From the NCBI GenBank assembly GCA_965224195.1, contig OZ245040.1, positions 1,280,001 to 1,344,000 on the forward strand: a DNA stretch of 64,000 nucleotides. Direction: 5' to 3'. Below are positions 21,689 to 32,916 of this stretch, in pieces. Below the pieces are notes generated by a model. It had not been told where the DNA came from. It searched no databases and saw nothing but the letters and a program-made list of their open reading frames with translations. The stretch comes from Nitrosopumilus sp. GTDB taxonomy: Archaea; Thermoproteota; Nitrososphaeria; Nitrososphaerales; Nitrosopumilaceae. A program made the position numbers and the translations under genes. Positions within the stretch are counted from its first letter, which is position 1; each line of letters begins with the position of its first letter.

Positions 21689-22467
21689 TACGCATTCACC
21701 AATTTTTTTACTTGTTCTTCAATGTTATCACTTTTCATTATGCTTGAACCTATCAAAAATGCATCTGCCCCACATTTTTTTAGATATTGAATGTCTTCAG
21801 ATGTATTAATTCCACTTTCAGAAAGTATTGGTCTTGATTTTTCTACTCCTGAAAGAATGTTCTCTGTAGTTTTAAGATCAATTTCTAAGGTATCTAGATT
21901 CCTGTTGTTAATTCCTATGAGGTCAGCTTTTGTGTTTAATGCATTTTCTAATTCTTGTTTTGTATGCACTTCAAGTAAAATTTGCAATCCTTGCTTGTGA
22001 CCATAATCAATAAACTCATCAATGTCTGAGAGGAATTTTTGGTCATACAGTGATTGAATTACCAGCATATAGTCTGCCCCAATCTTCTTTGCAGCATCAA
22101 TTTGGATTTTATCAATCATGATATCTTTCATTAACATCGGAACATCCACTGCTTCTCTTACCTTCATGAAATACTCTGGAGAGCCATGAAACAGGTGTGG
22201 TTGAGTTAAAACTGAGAGTGCTTTTGATCCTCCTGCTATCATTTGGTTTGCAATGCTTACTGGGTCTGTCAGTGTTCTGATTTTACTTAGAGATGGTGAT
22301 GCAAATTTTACCTCTGTAAGTAATGTTGCATGTGGATTTGTTTTAATTGTGTGAAGAAAGTCTTTGGATGATTTTTCCAAGTTTGCATCAACCTCATAGA
22401 CTCCATCATCAATTGCCATCTGGGAGTTGTTTACTAGTTTTCGTAGAATATTTTCAGCCATTAGCAA
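21685..22467 (-). CDS. trpC: Indole-3-glycerol-phosphate synthase
   Basis: [23 protein letters not shown] and SESGI motifs. Confidence 0.96.
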   Translation of the reverse strand: MLMAENILRKLVNNSQMAIDDGVYEVDANLEKSSKDFLHTIKTNPHATLLTEVKFASPSLSKIRTLTDPVSIANQMIAGGSKALSVLTQPHLFHGSPEYFMKVREAVDVPMLMKDIMIDKIQIDAAKKIGADYMLVIQSLYDQKFLSDIDEFIDYGHKQGLQILLEVHTKQELENALNTKADLIGINNRNLDTLEIDLKTTENILSGVEKSRPILSESGINTSEDIQYLKKCGADAFLIGSSIMKSDNIEEQVKKLVNAY

Positions 22468-23500
22468 TCTCCTTTAATTTTGAAATGTCCCCTGTATCTT
22501 GTACAAACTTTTCTAATAATGAAAATGCTTTACCGCTCTTTATTGTATCTAGTGCAAGTTCTACTGCTTCCTCAAAGTTTTTAGAAATATTGGCAACAAT
22601 TAATCCCCCTGCTGCATTTAATGCAGTAGTTTCTATCATTGCTTGATTTGCAGTATTGTTTAACACACCAACAAATGATTTTATCGCATCCTCTTTAGTA
22701 TTAATTTGAATATCTTGTAGTGTGGATTTATGCAATCCTATGACTTCTGGATTAATTGCATTCATTAACACTTTATCATTTTTTAATATACATACACGAT
22801 TAACTGCACTAGTTGAAAATTCATCCATTCCATCATCAGAACGAACTGTCATGATATTTTCAGCCCCCTTTCTTTTTAGTAATAATGGTAATCTATCTAA
22901 ATATTCAATTGAATATACTCCGACTAGTTGATTTTTTACTCCTGCAGGATTTGATAAAGGACCTAGAAGATTAAATGCGGTTCTTTTTCCAAGTTGTTTT
23001 CTTGCAGTAGAGATATGTTTCATTGCTGGATGAAATTTTTGTGCAAACATGAAACAGATATTGTGTTTTTGTAGAATTTCTGCAATTTTTACAGGCTCTG
23101 TATCCAAATCATATCCAAAATATTCAAAAATATCTGCACTACCTGAAACTCCTGAACTTGAGCGATTTCCATGTTTAGATACTTTCCCCCCAGCAGCAGC
23201 TACTACAAAAGATGCTGTTGTGGATATGTTGAATGTCTGGAGTTTATCACCTCCAGTTCCGCACATGTCTATGAGCGTTCCTTGATTTTTAGCCTCAACT
23301 TTTAGTGAAAATTCTTGCATTTTATCAAGCATTCCTAATAATTCATCATCCGTTTCTCCCTTGTCTGCAAGATATGAAAGAAAATCTGCATTTTCTGAAT
23401 CATTAGTTTTGCCAGATAGAATATCTGTCATAACCTTGTTCATTTCATCATATGTGAGATCTGTCTTTTCCTGTAGTCTTGAAATAATATCTATAATCAT
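22454..23500 (-). CDS. trpD: Anthranilate phosphoribosyltransferase
   Basis: DMCGTGGD, FNIST, KHGNRS and FNLLGPLSNP motifs. Confidence 0.97.
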   Translation of the reverse strand: MIIDIISRLQEKTDLTYDEMNKVMTDILSGKTNDSENADFLSYLADKGETDDELLGMLDKMQEFSLKVEAKNQGTLIDMCGTGGDKLQTFNISTTASFVVAAAGGKVSKHGNRSSSGVSGSADIFEYFGYDLDTEPVKIAEILQKHNICFMFAQKFHPAMKHISTARKQLGKRTAFNLLGPLSNPAGVKNQLVGVYSIEYLDRLPLLLKRKGAENIMTVRSDDGMDEFSTSAVNRVCILKNDKVLMNAINPEVIGLHKSTLQDIQINTKEDAIKSFVGVLNNTANQAMIETTALNAAGGLIVANISKNFEEAVELALDTIKSGKAFSLLEKFVQDTGDISKLKEIANG

Positions 23501-24093
23501 TTTATTTTTTCCTTTACTTGACTAATGAAATTACCTAGAATTTTTTCCCCGTCTTCAGTCATTATTGATTCTGGATGAAACTGTACTCCTTGAATTAGAA
23601 ATTCTTTATGTTCAATTGCCATGATTTCTCCATCATCTGCTGCTGTAGCTATAACTTTGAGCACCTCTGGAATTATTGTCTTGTCCCCAACCAAACTGTG
23701 ATATCTTGTTGCCCTGAAGGGATTTTTTACATTTGTAAATAGTTTTGATTCTAAATAATTCACAAGACTAGTCTTTCCATGTCTCACGCATCCGGCATTG
23801 GTAACTTTACCTCCAAATGCATCGATTATTCCTTGATGCCCTAGACATACTCCTAAAATTGGTGTAGTTGCTCCCATATCTTTAATCACTTCAGAGCATA
23901 CTCCAAAATATTTTTTGTCTTCAGGTGTTCCAGGTCCTGGCGAAATAATTATTGCATCATAATTTTTTTCTTTGATTTGTTGTATTGTGATCTTGTCATT
24001 TCTAATGACATCGCACCCTACTCCCAGTTCTCCAAGATATTGTGCAATATTGTACACAAATGAATCATAATTATCAATAATTAGAAATTTCAA
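23497..24093 (-). CDS. trpG: Anthranilate synthase component II
   Basis: IDNYDSF, SPGPG, GVCLGHQ, RYHSL and QFHPES motifs. Confidence 0.96.
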   Translation of the reverse strand: MKFLIIDNYDSFVYNIAQYLGELGVGCDVIRNDKITIQQIKEKNYDAIIISPGPGTPEDKKYFGVCSEVIKDMGATTPILGVCLGHQGIIDAFGGKVTNAGCVRHGKTSLVNYLESKLFTNVKNPFRATRYHSLVGDKTIIPEVLKVIATAADDGEIMAIEHKEFLIQGVQFHPESIMTEDGEKILGNFISQVKEKIK

Positions 24094-25439
24094 TTTGTTG
24101 CCTCCTTTAATGCTTGAAGCATAGCCCCTGCTTTGTGTTCGGTTTCCTTGAATTCATTTGTTGCAATAGAGTCTGATACTATTCCTGCCCCTGATTGGAC
24201 AAAGCCTTTGTCATTTTCTATGAAAATACTTCTAATTGCAATTGCAAAGTCACAACATCCATTGTATGAGAAATATCCTACAGCACCTGCATATGGTCCT
24301 CTGGCTTCTGTTTCTAATTCATCAATAATCTCCATTGCCCGAACCTTTGGTGCTCCAGATACTGTTCCTGCAGGAAATACTGCCTGAAACGCATCAAACA
24401 TGTCATTTTCAGGTGCCAAATTACCTATTACGTGACTAACTATGTGTTGAACATGACTGAATCGTTTTATCTCCATTAATGATTCTGGATGAACTGTTCC
24501 ATATTTGCAAACTCTACCGATATCATTTCTGCCCAAATCTACAAGCATTGTGTGTTCTGCTAGTTCTTTTTCATCATGAATTAATTCTTCAGATAATGCC
24601 TTATTTTTTACCTCATTATCTGTGATTTTTCTTGTACCTGCAATTGGGAATGTCTCTACTTTATCATCTGTAATTCTAACTAGCATTTCAGGTGATGCTC
24701 CAATGATTGTCTTGTTTCCTTGTTTTAGATGGTACATGTATGGTGAAGGATTTAATTTTCTCAGAGTTTTGTATAGTGTTAGGTTATCTCCATTTGTGTC
24801 AAAAGTAAATTTTCTAGATAATACTACTTGGAAAACATCTCCATCATGAATGTATTTTTTTGCCTTGTTTACTATTTCTGAATATTTTGATTCATCCATG
24901 TTTGGTGTTACTTTGCTTGCATGAAATTCTTCAAACGTATCATCTCCCATTATAAATTTGTCAAATCTGTTTTCATCATGATAAAAGTAGAATAATTTTT
25001 CATGAATTTTGTCATATAAAATCCCATCATCATAAATTCCAAATTCAATTAATGGTTGTGGAGAATTATGAGAATCATTGATATTCTCTACTAATCTGAT
25101 TGCATCATAGTTTACTACTCCTACTGCTCCTCCCAAATACCGATAACTTTGATCATCTGATTTTCCCAATAGTTTTTTTAGCTCTTCAAATGGATTTGTG
25201 GTTTGAATGGTTGTAGTTTTTCCATTTTCAATAATTTCTACTTTATCTGAATACCCTTTTAGGATTATTTTTGGATCAAATCCCATAACTGATGTTTCAG
25301 CTAGAACTTCAGGACCTGTCAGAGATTCAAAGAGAAATGAATGTGAATAGTTTCTTGAAATTTTATTATAAATTTGAAATTGATTTTCAGATAAATCTAG
25401 AGGTATTACTTTTGCTTGTGTCTTTCCAAAGGTGTCCAC
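24090..25439 (-). CDS. trpE: Anthranilate synthase component I
   Basis: FQVVLSR, NPSPYM, EHTMLVDLGRND and PAGTVSGAPKVRA motifs. Confidence 0.97.
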   Translation of the reverse strand: MDTFGKTQAKVIPLDLSENQFQIYNKISRNYSHSFLFESLTGPEVLAETSVMGFDPKIILKGYSDKVEIIENGKTTTIQTTNPFEELKKLLGKSDDQSYRYLGGAVGVVNYDAIRLVENINDSHNSPQPLIEFGIYDDGILYDKIHEKLFYFYHDENRFDKFIMGDDTFEEFHASKVTPNMDESKYSEIVNKAKKYIHDGDVFQVVLSRKFTFDTNGDNLTLYKTLRKLNPSPYMYHLKQGNKTIIGASPEMLVRITDDKVETFPIAGTRKITDNEVKNKALSEELIHDEKELAEHTMLVDLGRNDIGRVCKYGTVHPESLMEIKRFSHVQHIVSHVIGNLAPENDMFDAFQAVFPAGTVSGAPKVRAMEIIDELETEARGPYAGAVGYFSYNGCCDFAIAIRSIFIENDKGFVQSGAGIVSDSIATNEFKETEHKAGAMLQALKEATN

Positions 25440-25590
25440 CCATAAACAAAATTTTGGTGGGTTATTATTTAAATTGATGAGATGATGTTGATCTATCTAG
25501 TATTGTTTGAAATTGTTGATTTCTTAGGCATGAAATAATTACGGTATAGTACGGTACCTTTATAGTCTAGTTGATCGTAGTATAATCACC

Positions 25591-25779
25591 ATGCAGGGGG
25601 TAAATCAAACAATCATGCAAAAAATGCATGTTCTCAAATCACAAACTATCTCATCTTCAGTAAGTAAGGTGGAGTGTTACATTTGTGGAAAGGGATTAGA
25701 GGATGGTCACAGTATTATTGCAAAAACATTGCCTAATGGAATAGTACTATTTTGTGATGTTCATTATCCATTACAGTAA
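25591..25779 (+). CDS. Small Zn-finger protein
   Basis: CYIC ... FCDVH. Confidence 0.6.
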   Translation: MQGVNQTIMQKMHVLKSQTISSSVSKVECYICGKGLEDGHSIIAKTLPNGIVLFCDVHYPLQ

Positions 25780-25961
25780 TTACGATCAAAAGTTCCATTC
25801 CGGAATGTGTTTTTTGTTTTAAATTCCATCATGATTATGTGTATTTTATGTATTGAATATTCATGGTACAATGCCCTCATTGTGAAATTCTGTTGATCAG
25901 TCAAGGCTTTCTAAATCGTCATATACGAACAATACATGCATCTAAAAAATCTATTTCAAAT

Positions 25962-28604
25962 TTACAATAACTTAAACGCAGAAAAAAACTCCTCTGCACC
26001 TTTTTTAGAGAGTCCTTTGTTTTTTGTTTGACAATAGTTTTTGGTAAATGTACATTTTGGACATCCTCCCCAATTCTTTTCTTCTTTCTGATTTTTGTCA
26101 GTTGGGCAATCACAGTCATTTACTAGTGAATTACTTGTGTTGAGTACTTTTTCAAATTCATCATAGATGATTTTACTGCATCCGTTAAAGCCATCTGAAG
26201 AATTGTCATAAATGTAGATTACTCCTTTTTCATAATACACATCAATGTCACTTGATTCAGCTTTTGTCAGAATCTTACTTGCATTACCTAAAACATGTGA
26301 TATGGTGTGAACTCTTGAATCATTAACTATTGGACTTTTTGAATCAGAAATATGTTTTGAGACAAATTCTGGAGGGAGCGTTATACTAACGGCTGAATGT
26401 TTTGACTTCCAATGAAAGTTTTTCCAAGATGATGTGTTACTGCGATTATACATTTCATATTGGTCCGTTGTTTCATTATAGTTTCCTTTCATGTAGCCTG
26501 TAATTGTTCTATCCAGTGAAATTATTCCATAACGTAGAGATAATTTTTTGCTATTAGCATTGATTTCTCTATGGATTGCTTTACCTTCAGATGTTTGAAT
26601 GATTGAAGTTCTGACTATGGGAATTGTTCTCTTTTGTTTTTCATATGATTTTATCAGATATGCCCTTGCTCCATTTTGAGATTTTATCAATGAATTTACT
26701 TCATAGTTTTGTTTGTTGAAATGATAGATTGCCTTTTGATGTAGTTGGTAATACCCTACAGGAACTCCTCGTGTTCCTATTTTTCTTGAATTATAATAAA
26801 TGGAAATATCTCCAGATGTTCCTCTCAAGTTTACACTATTTGCAAAATCAAAGAACTGAGATTTGTCTGACTCGTCTGCAGCTTGATCTTCAATCTTTAT
26901 TGATTCTTCGTGTTTTTCAGAAATTATTGGATTTTTCTTGTTAATTGGAATGATGTGATCTTGTGAGAGATACTCATCAATGTGACGTGCAAAATAATGA
27001 CATGCTGCATCGTCTGGATCAAAAACGCAGATAGCATAAGATTTCTGACCTTTTCTTCCTGCTCTACCTATTCTTTGAATAAATGAATCAAACTCGTTTT
27101 TGAATGCAGAAATAACTACATCTACATGTCCAATATCTATTCCCAATTCTAAAGTTGGAGTACATGATAGTACGTCTAGTTCGCCTGCCTTCATTTGAGA
27201 TTCGTATAGTTTTCTATCCTTTTGATCAAGGCCTCCTCTGTGAATCTGAATTCTAATCCCTGTGTTTGCCTCTTCAACGTTTGATGCCAAAAATTCTGCA
27301 TCATTGTGAGAATTGCTAAAGACTAGTTGAGTTGAATTATTCTTGTAACAAATTGATGAAAGCATCTCCATTGTTGTTCTTTGTTTAAATTTTCTAGGCA
27401 TTACAAAAAACATGTGCATGTTTTGCTTTCGTTTAAATTTGCTTTTGATGTATGTGAACGAATCTTCAGGTAGATCAAACATGTTTGAGAAAAATTCTTT
27501 TGAATTATCAAGAGTAGCTGAAGAGCCTACAAACTGGACTTTACCCATGAATCTTTTCATTCTTTTTAACACATGATACACATTAGAGCCGTGAAAACTA
27601 GTGTAGGAGTGAGCCTCATCCATTACTATAATTTTTGCATTCTTGAATAATTCATTCCATTTTTTATCCTGTAAAATCAAATGGTAATTGATGAAATCAA
27701 AATTTGTTGCAATGATTAGCGATTTTTGATTTGCATCTGAAATTATCATGTCCTTGTAATCCGTATTTTGTCCTCCATGAATTGAGTAGATTTCTATTTT
27801 ATCTGACAGTTTGCATTTTTGAATTAAATCTGAAATTTTTGATACTTGGTCGTCAATTAGTGCATTAAGTGGATACACTAGTAATGTAAAAACTCCTGGC
27901 TCTGGGTTCTCTGAAATTTTTTGTATTACTGGAATTGCAAATGCTTCAGTTTTTCCAGATCCTGTTGGTGCTGAAATAATTGAATTTTCTCCTTTTAGAA
28001 TTGCTCTTACTGATTCTTCCTGGAATGGTAACAATCCTGTAAATCCATACTTTACTAATCCCTTGATGATATTTTCTGATAGTACATCACTTAGAGTTTC
28101 AATTAGAATTTTTTCAGCTTCTGGTGCAATCAATCTTTCATAGTGGATTAATGCAAGAGATTCTCCATCATGTCCTTTAATTATTTCTCTAATTATTGGG
28201 TCATTATCAATTAATGATTTTGGGATTTTAGAAATATCATACATGATACTTTCTGGTAATGGAATTTTATTTTCTGGTATTTTTGATTTTAGTTTTGCAT
28301 ATTTTTTAATTTCATCTGGATAATATGACATTCCTGATTCAGATGGGCCATCACATCTGTGCGGTTCATCAGTTCTTGAATCAATTGGGATGAATTTCCC
28401 ACTATCTGATTTGAATATCTCATCCCAGTAAATTTCTGCACCACAACCTTTGGAACATTGCTTAGTTTTTCCTGAATAATTAACCCCGTAGGTTGGTGTT
28501 TTGACTAGAATTTTTTCAGGGTTGCATTTTGGGCAAACCCATGGACCGCCAACATCTTCGTAGCTTTGAACTAGCCTAGAATCACAGTTGTAACAAAATT
28601 GCAT
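25962..28604 (-). CDS. SF2 DEAH-box helicase with C-terminal DUF1998/MZB Zn domain (Hrq1/MrfA-like) and extra N-terminal Cys-rich motifs
   Basis: APTGSGKT, YPLNAL, DEAH, SAT, TPTLELGIDIG, QRIGRAGR; IYD...GFNG...CDC...GCPKC; N-terminal CxxC/CxxC/CxxxC...HxC. Confidence 0.92.
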   Translation of the reverse strand: MQFCYNCDSRLVQSYEDVGGPWVCPKCNPEKILVKTPTYGVNYSGKTKQCSKGCGAEIYWDEIFKSDSGKFIPIDSRTDEPHRCDGPSESGMSYYPDEIKKYAKLKSKIPENKIPLPESIMYDISKIPKSLIDNDPIIREIIKGHDGESLALIHYERLIAPEAEKILIETLSDVLSENIIKGLVKYGFTGLLPFQEESVRAILKGENSIISAPTGSGKTEAFAIPVIQKISENPEPGVFTLLVYPLNALIDDQVSKISDLIQKCKLSDKIEIYSIHGGQNTDYKDMIISDANQKSLIIATNFDFINYHLILQDKKWNELFKNAKIIVMDEAHSYTSFHGSNVYHVLKRMKRFMGKVQFVGSSATLDNSKEFFSNMFDLPEDSFTYIKSKFKRKQNMHMFFVMPRKFKQRTTMEMLSSICYKNNSTQLVFSNSHNDAEFLASNVEEANTGIRIQIHRGGLDQKDRKLYESQMKAGELDVLSCTPTLELGIDIGHVDVVISAFKNEFDSFIQRIGRAGRKGQKSYAICVFDPDDAACHYFARHIDEYLSQDHIIPINKKNPIISEKHEESIKIEDQAADESDKSQFFDFANSVNLRGTSGDISIYYNSRKIGTRGVPVGYYQLHQKAIYHFNKQNYEVNSLIKSQNGARAYLIKSYEKQKRTIPIVRTSIIQTSEGKAIHREINANSKKLSLRYGIISLDRTITGYMKGNYNETTDQYEMYNRSNTSSWKNFHWKSKHSAVSITLPPEFVSKHISDSKSPIVNDSRVHTISHVLGNASKILTKAESSDIDVYYEKGVIYIYDNSSDGFNGCSKIIYDEFEKVLNTSNSLVNDCDCPTDKNQKEEKNWGGCPKCTFTKNYCQTKNKGLSKKGAEEFFSAFKLL

Positions 28605-29019
28605 GAATGAATTTTTAGACTAAGGTACCATTAATGAACATATGAGAGTGAAAAATTTATCATTAATTTCAAATATCTAACTCTAAAATTGACAATATCT
28701 AATGTGTAGTCATAGCTGTCTGGATTTATTTTGAATCTTGAAGTAATTAGTTGAGAATCTAGGTATTGTCTTCTCTATGTCTAAAATTATAATGACATCT
28801 CTTGTTACAAAACCAATCCAGCCCTCCTAGATATTCTACATGATCTGACTTGCCACAAAATGTACATTTTGTAAAATTCTTTATGCTTTTCTCTCTGGTC
28901 ATGTTGATATCTCTTTTCTTGATTTATGATACAATACACCGTTTATAGTATAGATGAAGTATAATAACACAGAATGATTTTTTGCTATTCAACTCAATAC
29001 GGAGTGTTTAAAAAATAAA

Positions 29020-29265
29020 ATGATTAGTTTTGAAAATGTGAATGTAAAGGATTATGTAAAAATCAAAAGAGGATTGAAAAAATCATTCAAAACTATTCCT
29101 TGTTTAAGTGATAATAGATCTGTGATTGAAACTTTTGATGTTCTTTCAACAAAATCTAAACTTTCAATCACATATTTTAAATCAAAAAAACTTGAAATTT
29201 CATCTGATTTTTCCAATGTTTCAAAAAAAGTTATTGAATTAACACAAAACATTCTAAATCCTTAG
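29020..29265 (+). CDS. Hypothetical protein
   Basis: 81-aa ORF. Confidence 0.55.
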   Translation: MISFENVNVKDYVKIKRGLKKSFKTIPCLSDNRSVIETFDVLSTKSKLSITYFKSKKLEISSDFSNVSKKVIELTQNILNP

Positions 29266-29463
29266 AAAATACTATTCTCAGTTTAATCTTAAGTAATTTA
29301 TTGAAAACCTAAACCTATAAGACCAAGTTTTGCGTGTAATAATTATGGGATGGAAAAAAACCTTGAGCAAATTTTGTATCATGAAAAAGGTTAGAGATAA
29401 GGCAAACAAGCCTGACGAAGAGTAATTTTAAAAATTATTAATCAATTTATTGTAATTCTGATT

Positions 29464-29871
29464 ATGCCCTTAGATAAGATGCCTGAGCCTGATGAATTTG
29501 TTCTAACGCATAATTCCAAGGTGTTACATACGAGTGGAAATCCTGTTGCATGTATAATTGACAATCAAAATGATTCTAGGTATGCCTTCCTGCCTAATTA
29601 TCCTTCATTGAAGGCAAGCTTAATTGGGTTTTTGAATAAACATGATGATTTGGGACTGCTTATGGGATTCAAGTTAAAGATACAAACTGACACTGAATTC
29701 TTTGAGTATAACGTATATCCTAATGAGGAGTTCATTGATACAGTAATTTTTGATGAAACCATCCATATCATTAATAATTTAATGGAACATCTTTTTTCAC
29801 TAAAAAAAATTAACACAGATCAATTTGTGAAAACAAGATCCGAGTTTGAAAAATTTAAAAAAATGATGTAG
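29464..29871 (+). CDS. Hypothetical protein
   Basis: 135-aa ORF, co-oriented with the downstream nuclease. Confidence 0.7.
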   Translation: MPLDKMPEPDEFVLTHNSKVLHTSGNPVACIIDNQNDSRYAFLPNYPSLKASLIGFLNKHDDLGLLMGFKLKIQTDTEFFEYNVYPNEEFIDTVIFDETIHIINNLMEHLFSLKKINTDQFVKTRSEFEKFKKMM

Positions 29872-29912
29872 AATTCAAATCATTCAATAACTACTAGTGT
29901 CAAAAATTTTCA

Positions 29913-30578
29913 GTGGTAAGTTATACACAAATGCTAAAGGCTAGAGAGCCAGTACTTTTGGATAGGGATGATGGACATTGGTACCAGACAAAATTTGATA
30001 AAATTTATCCTTCCATAAGTACAATTCTTTCTGCAACTGCTCCTGAACACAAGAAAAATGGATTACAATCTTGGAAAGACAATGAACCCGCTCATGAATA
30101 CATTACAAAGCAAGCCCAAGACATTGGTACAGAATCTCATAAAATTATAGAGGATTATCTTGGAAATAATCTTGCAATGGAAGAATTTGATTTACTACCT
30201 ATTGCACATTTTAACAATTTGAAACCTTTTCTTGAAAATATTTCAGATGTCACCTCTATTGAGCAGAGAATGTATTCTGACAAATTACAGGTTGCAGGTA
30301 CTAGTGACTTAATTGCCGAATATAATGGAGAATTGTCCATAATTGATTACAAGACAAAGCGCAAGCCTCAGATTGATGAATACATGTATGAATATTATCT
30401 ACAAACTACATGCTATGCACATATGTTTGAGGAGGTAACAGGTCAAAAAATCAATCAGGTGGTGATATTAGTCAGTAGTGAAAAAAACACTAGGCAGGAA
30501 TTTATCAAAGCATGCGATGATTACGTAAAACCTATGATGGAGCGCGTAGACAAATACTATTTGAATAATTTACAATAA
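29913..30578 (+). CDS. PD-(D/E)XK exonuclease (RecB/lambda-exo-like, MGME1/phage type)
   Basis: YPSISTIL, IGTESH, E-x-AGTSD-x-IIDYKT and YYLQTTCY motifs. Confidence 0.88.
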   Translation: MVSYTQMLKAREPVLLDRDDGHWYQTKFDKIYPSISTILSATAPEHKKNGLQSWKDNEPAHEYITKQAQDIGTESHKIIEDYLGNNLAMEEFDLLPIAHFNNLKPFLENISDVTSIEQRMYSDKLQVAGTSDLIAEYNGELSIIDYKTKRKPQIDEYMYEYYLQTTCYAHMFEEVTGQKINQVVILVSSEKNTRQEFIKACDDYVKPMMERVDKYYLNNLQ

Positions 30579-30647
30579 ATCAGGAAAGTTTATCCAATTT
30601 TTTATCTAATTCTTGTACTTGTTTTGTCAAATCACTTACTAAATTAT

Positions 30648-32325
30648 CTAATCCATCTGGTTTTTTTCTGGCTCTTGACTTTTTCCATTTGACCAATCAA
30701 ACATTGCAGATAGTATTTCAATTGCTTGCGATGAACAGTCTGCCAAATCTTTGAGATTTAGTTCTTTTTTTCTTTTATCTTTATGATTGATTACCAAGTT
30801 ACCTGTCTTATCAATTACAAATACTTGTTGTGTTGTTGCTTCTCTAAAATCTAGTAAAAATAACCCTCTGATTGAATTTTGTAATTTTTCATTATAGTTC
30901 ATTTCTTTACAAATCCTTTGTATCATTTGCTCTAATGTTGTATATTTGCCAAAACCTTCTTCTAATTTTATTGGATTGATTATAATTTTTAAAATTTCTT
31001 TATTGCATCTAGATGAGAATTGATGAATGATAATTCTGAATAAACAATAAAATTTGTCAATTCTGCATTTTTAGTTTCAAATGTATCTAATTTTCTGATT
31101 AATTCACTGATTGGATGTGAAAATGATTTTCTAAATTTTATGAAATTTTTAAAAAATTCTTCATCGAGATATTCTTTGTTAAATTGTACTAGTCCTTGTG
31201 ATTCTATGTCTTTTAAAATAGCAAAAGTGGCTTTATAATATATGAGTTGCGTAATTACAAGCAGAAATCTAACTTTTCTGTCATTTAATTTTTAATTTTA
31301 TGGAATTGCAATGAATTCTTCTTTCCATTTAATCTTGAAACTGACAGTCCCGCAAACAATTTCACTTATCACATCATATCTGCATAATTTGTTTCTAAAC
31401 ACATCGCGATTTATCCGAAATTGCCTGACTTGTGCAATGACACGTTCAACTTTTATTCTAATTTTTGACCGCATCCTGTTCCACTCCTTTTGAGCAACAG
31501 TCAATTTTTTTCCTTTCTTTTTCTTGCATGGCAAAACACTTGCCTGTTCTGGAAAGTCCTTTTCCATCCCCAAATATCCAGGATCATAAGACTGCAGCAA
31601 CCCTTCAGACAATGTTGGATGCCTTGATTTGTAAATTCCGTAATCATGATGGCTGCCAGGCGAATGTGCAGATTTGTGGATTGTTATCCCATCAGGATTT
31701 ATGGCGATTTGATTTTGTACTGCATGCTTTTTCTTTTTGCCTGAATGGCGTGCCTTTCTTTTCTTTTTGTTTTTTGGTCTTGGGATGGGCTGTTCTGTGC
31801 CATCAGTGATTGCAACTAATTCCGGAAAGAATTCCTGCAATTCCTGCATGCCGTTAATCTTTTTTGAATCTGCATATTTTTTGGCAGCAATTATATGGAC
31901 TGCTTCACTGCAGGCTCCAAACATCCGATGTTTCTCATTACGTTTGGTTTGTCCAAATCAAATGTCATCCCTGGCATGTCATATGTTGTGTACATTCTGT
32001 AGTACATGAAAAACATTAGAATTCTGCCTTTGAAGGACAAGTCAAACTTGTGTCCTGCACCAATGTCCCTTTCTCTGTTTTTGGACAGTCCCTTTTGTTC
32101 TGCAGTTTTGCAATTTTTCTTTATTTCCTTGTATGGGGAATCAAACTGTGGAACGGTTAGTCCTGCTATTGGCAGGAATTGCTTTGGTTTTTTTGCCAGT
32201 TTGTGCAATTAAACATGAATTGAAAATAATTCAGCCTTAGCTTTGGATCTTATGATTAGAAAATGTTGAGATTATGCTCAAATTGGACTAATTGCACAAC
32301 TCATCTAATATGGATCAAAACTCAA
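30648..32325 (-). pseudogene. Hypothetical gene interrupted near its start by the IS at 31241-32305, with further frameshift decay
   Basis: Removing the IS joins TTG-AGT-TTT-GAT-CCA-TAT (32325 down) in frame to TAT-AAA-GCC-ACT (KATFAILKDIESQG...), which leads via a shift into ORF 30648-30926. Confidence 0.6.
31241..32305 (-). mobile_element. IS5-superfamily (ISL2/Harbinger-like DDE_Tnp_4) insertion sequence with frameshifted transposase
   Basis: Terminal IR consensus GATGAGTTGYGCAATTA; TA (possibly TAATA) on both flanks; ORFs 31891-32208 and 31298-31924 with DGTEQPIPRP, SGKKKKH, HD and RIKVE motifs. Confidence 0.9.
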
Positions 32326-32349
32326 TAATTTTTTGAAATTTCTGTGAAC

Positions 32350-32634
32350 TTAAGCGTATTGGAGTTTAGATTTTATGCTATTTTTTTTCCAGTCTTTCCA
32401 TCTACTGTTGAATTCTATCTCTTCTTTTCGTTCTATAATCTTTCGCCGATTCATTTCCAGTTGTTTCATCTTTTTTTGTAGATCGTCCCATTTTTCTTTA
32501 ATTTCTGCTCTAAGTGTGGGATCTTTTGTACTGCGGTATTCATGTTTTAGAACTGTCCATTGTTTAGTAACATCATCTATTTCATAATTTGCTGCTATCA
32601 ATTCCTTTGATACTTCCACGATTGGTTCATCCAT
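32350..32634 (-). CDS. Coiled-coil hypothetical protein
   Basis: 94-aa charged helical ORF. Confidence 0.65.
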   Translation of the reverse strand: MDEPIVEVSKELIAANYEIDDVTKQWTVLKHEYRSTKDPTLRAEIKEKWDDLQKKMKQLEMNRRKIIERKEEIEFNSRWKDWKKNSIKSKLQYA

Positions 32635-32916
32635 TGATTACTATTCACTGATTTCTAAACTTAAGCCTATTGATAATTTTCCATTTTTGGAATTTAAAAA
32701 ATGAATATGTTGTTAACTATTGGTTTGTGGTAATTAAAAAGAGAAGATTATTTCTCTGAATATTCTATATTGTTCTATGATGACTGAGAAAGAAATTCAA
32801 ATGTTGAAAAAAGAATTACTTGGGAAAATAAATACTAAAGACAGTTCCTACTATGGGCTGTCTCTAGAAAATTTAGTTCTTAAAAATTAATTTTTTGAAA
32901 CCAAAATTAGTTTAAA

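Noticed and set aside
29913-30578. Cas4 call for the PD-(D/E)XK nuclease
   Set aside because: It lacks the four Fe-S cysteines of Cas4 and has no cas neighbours.
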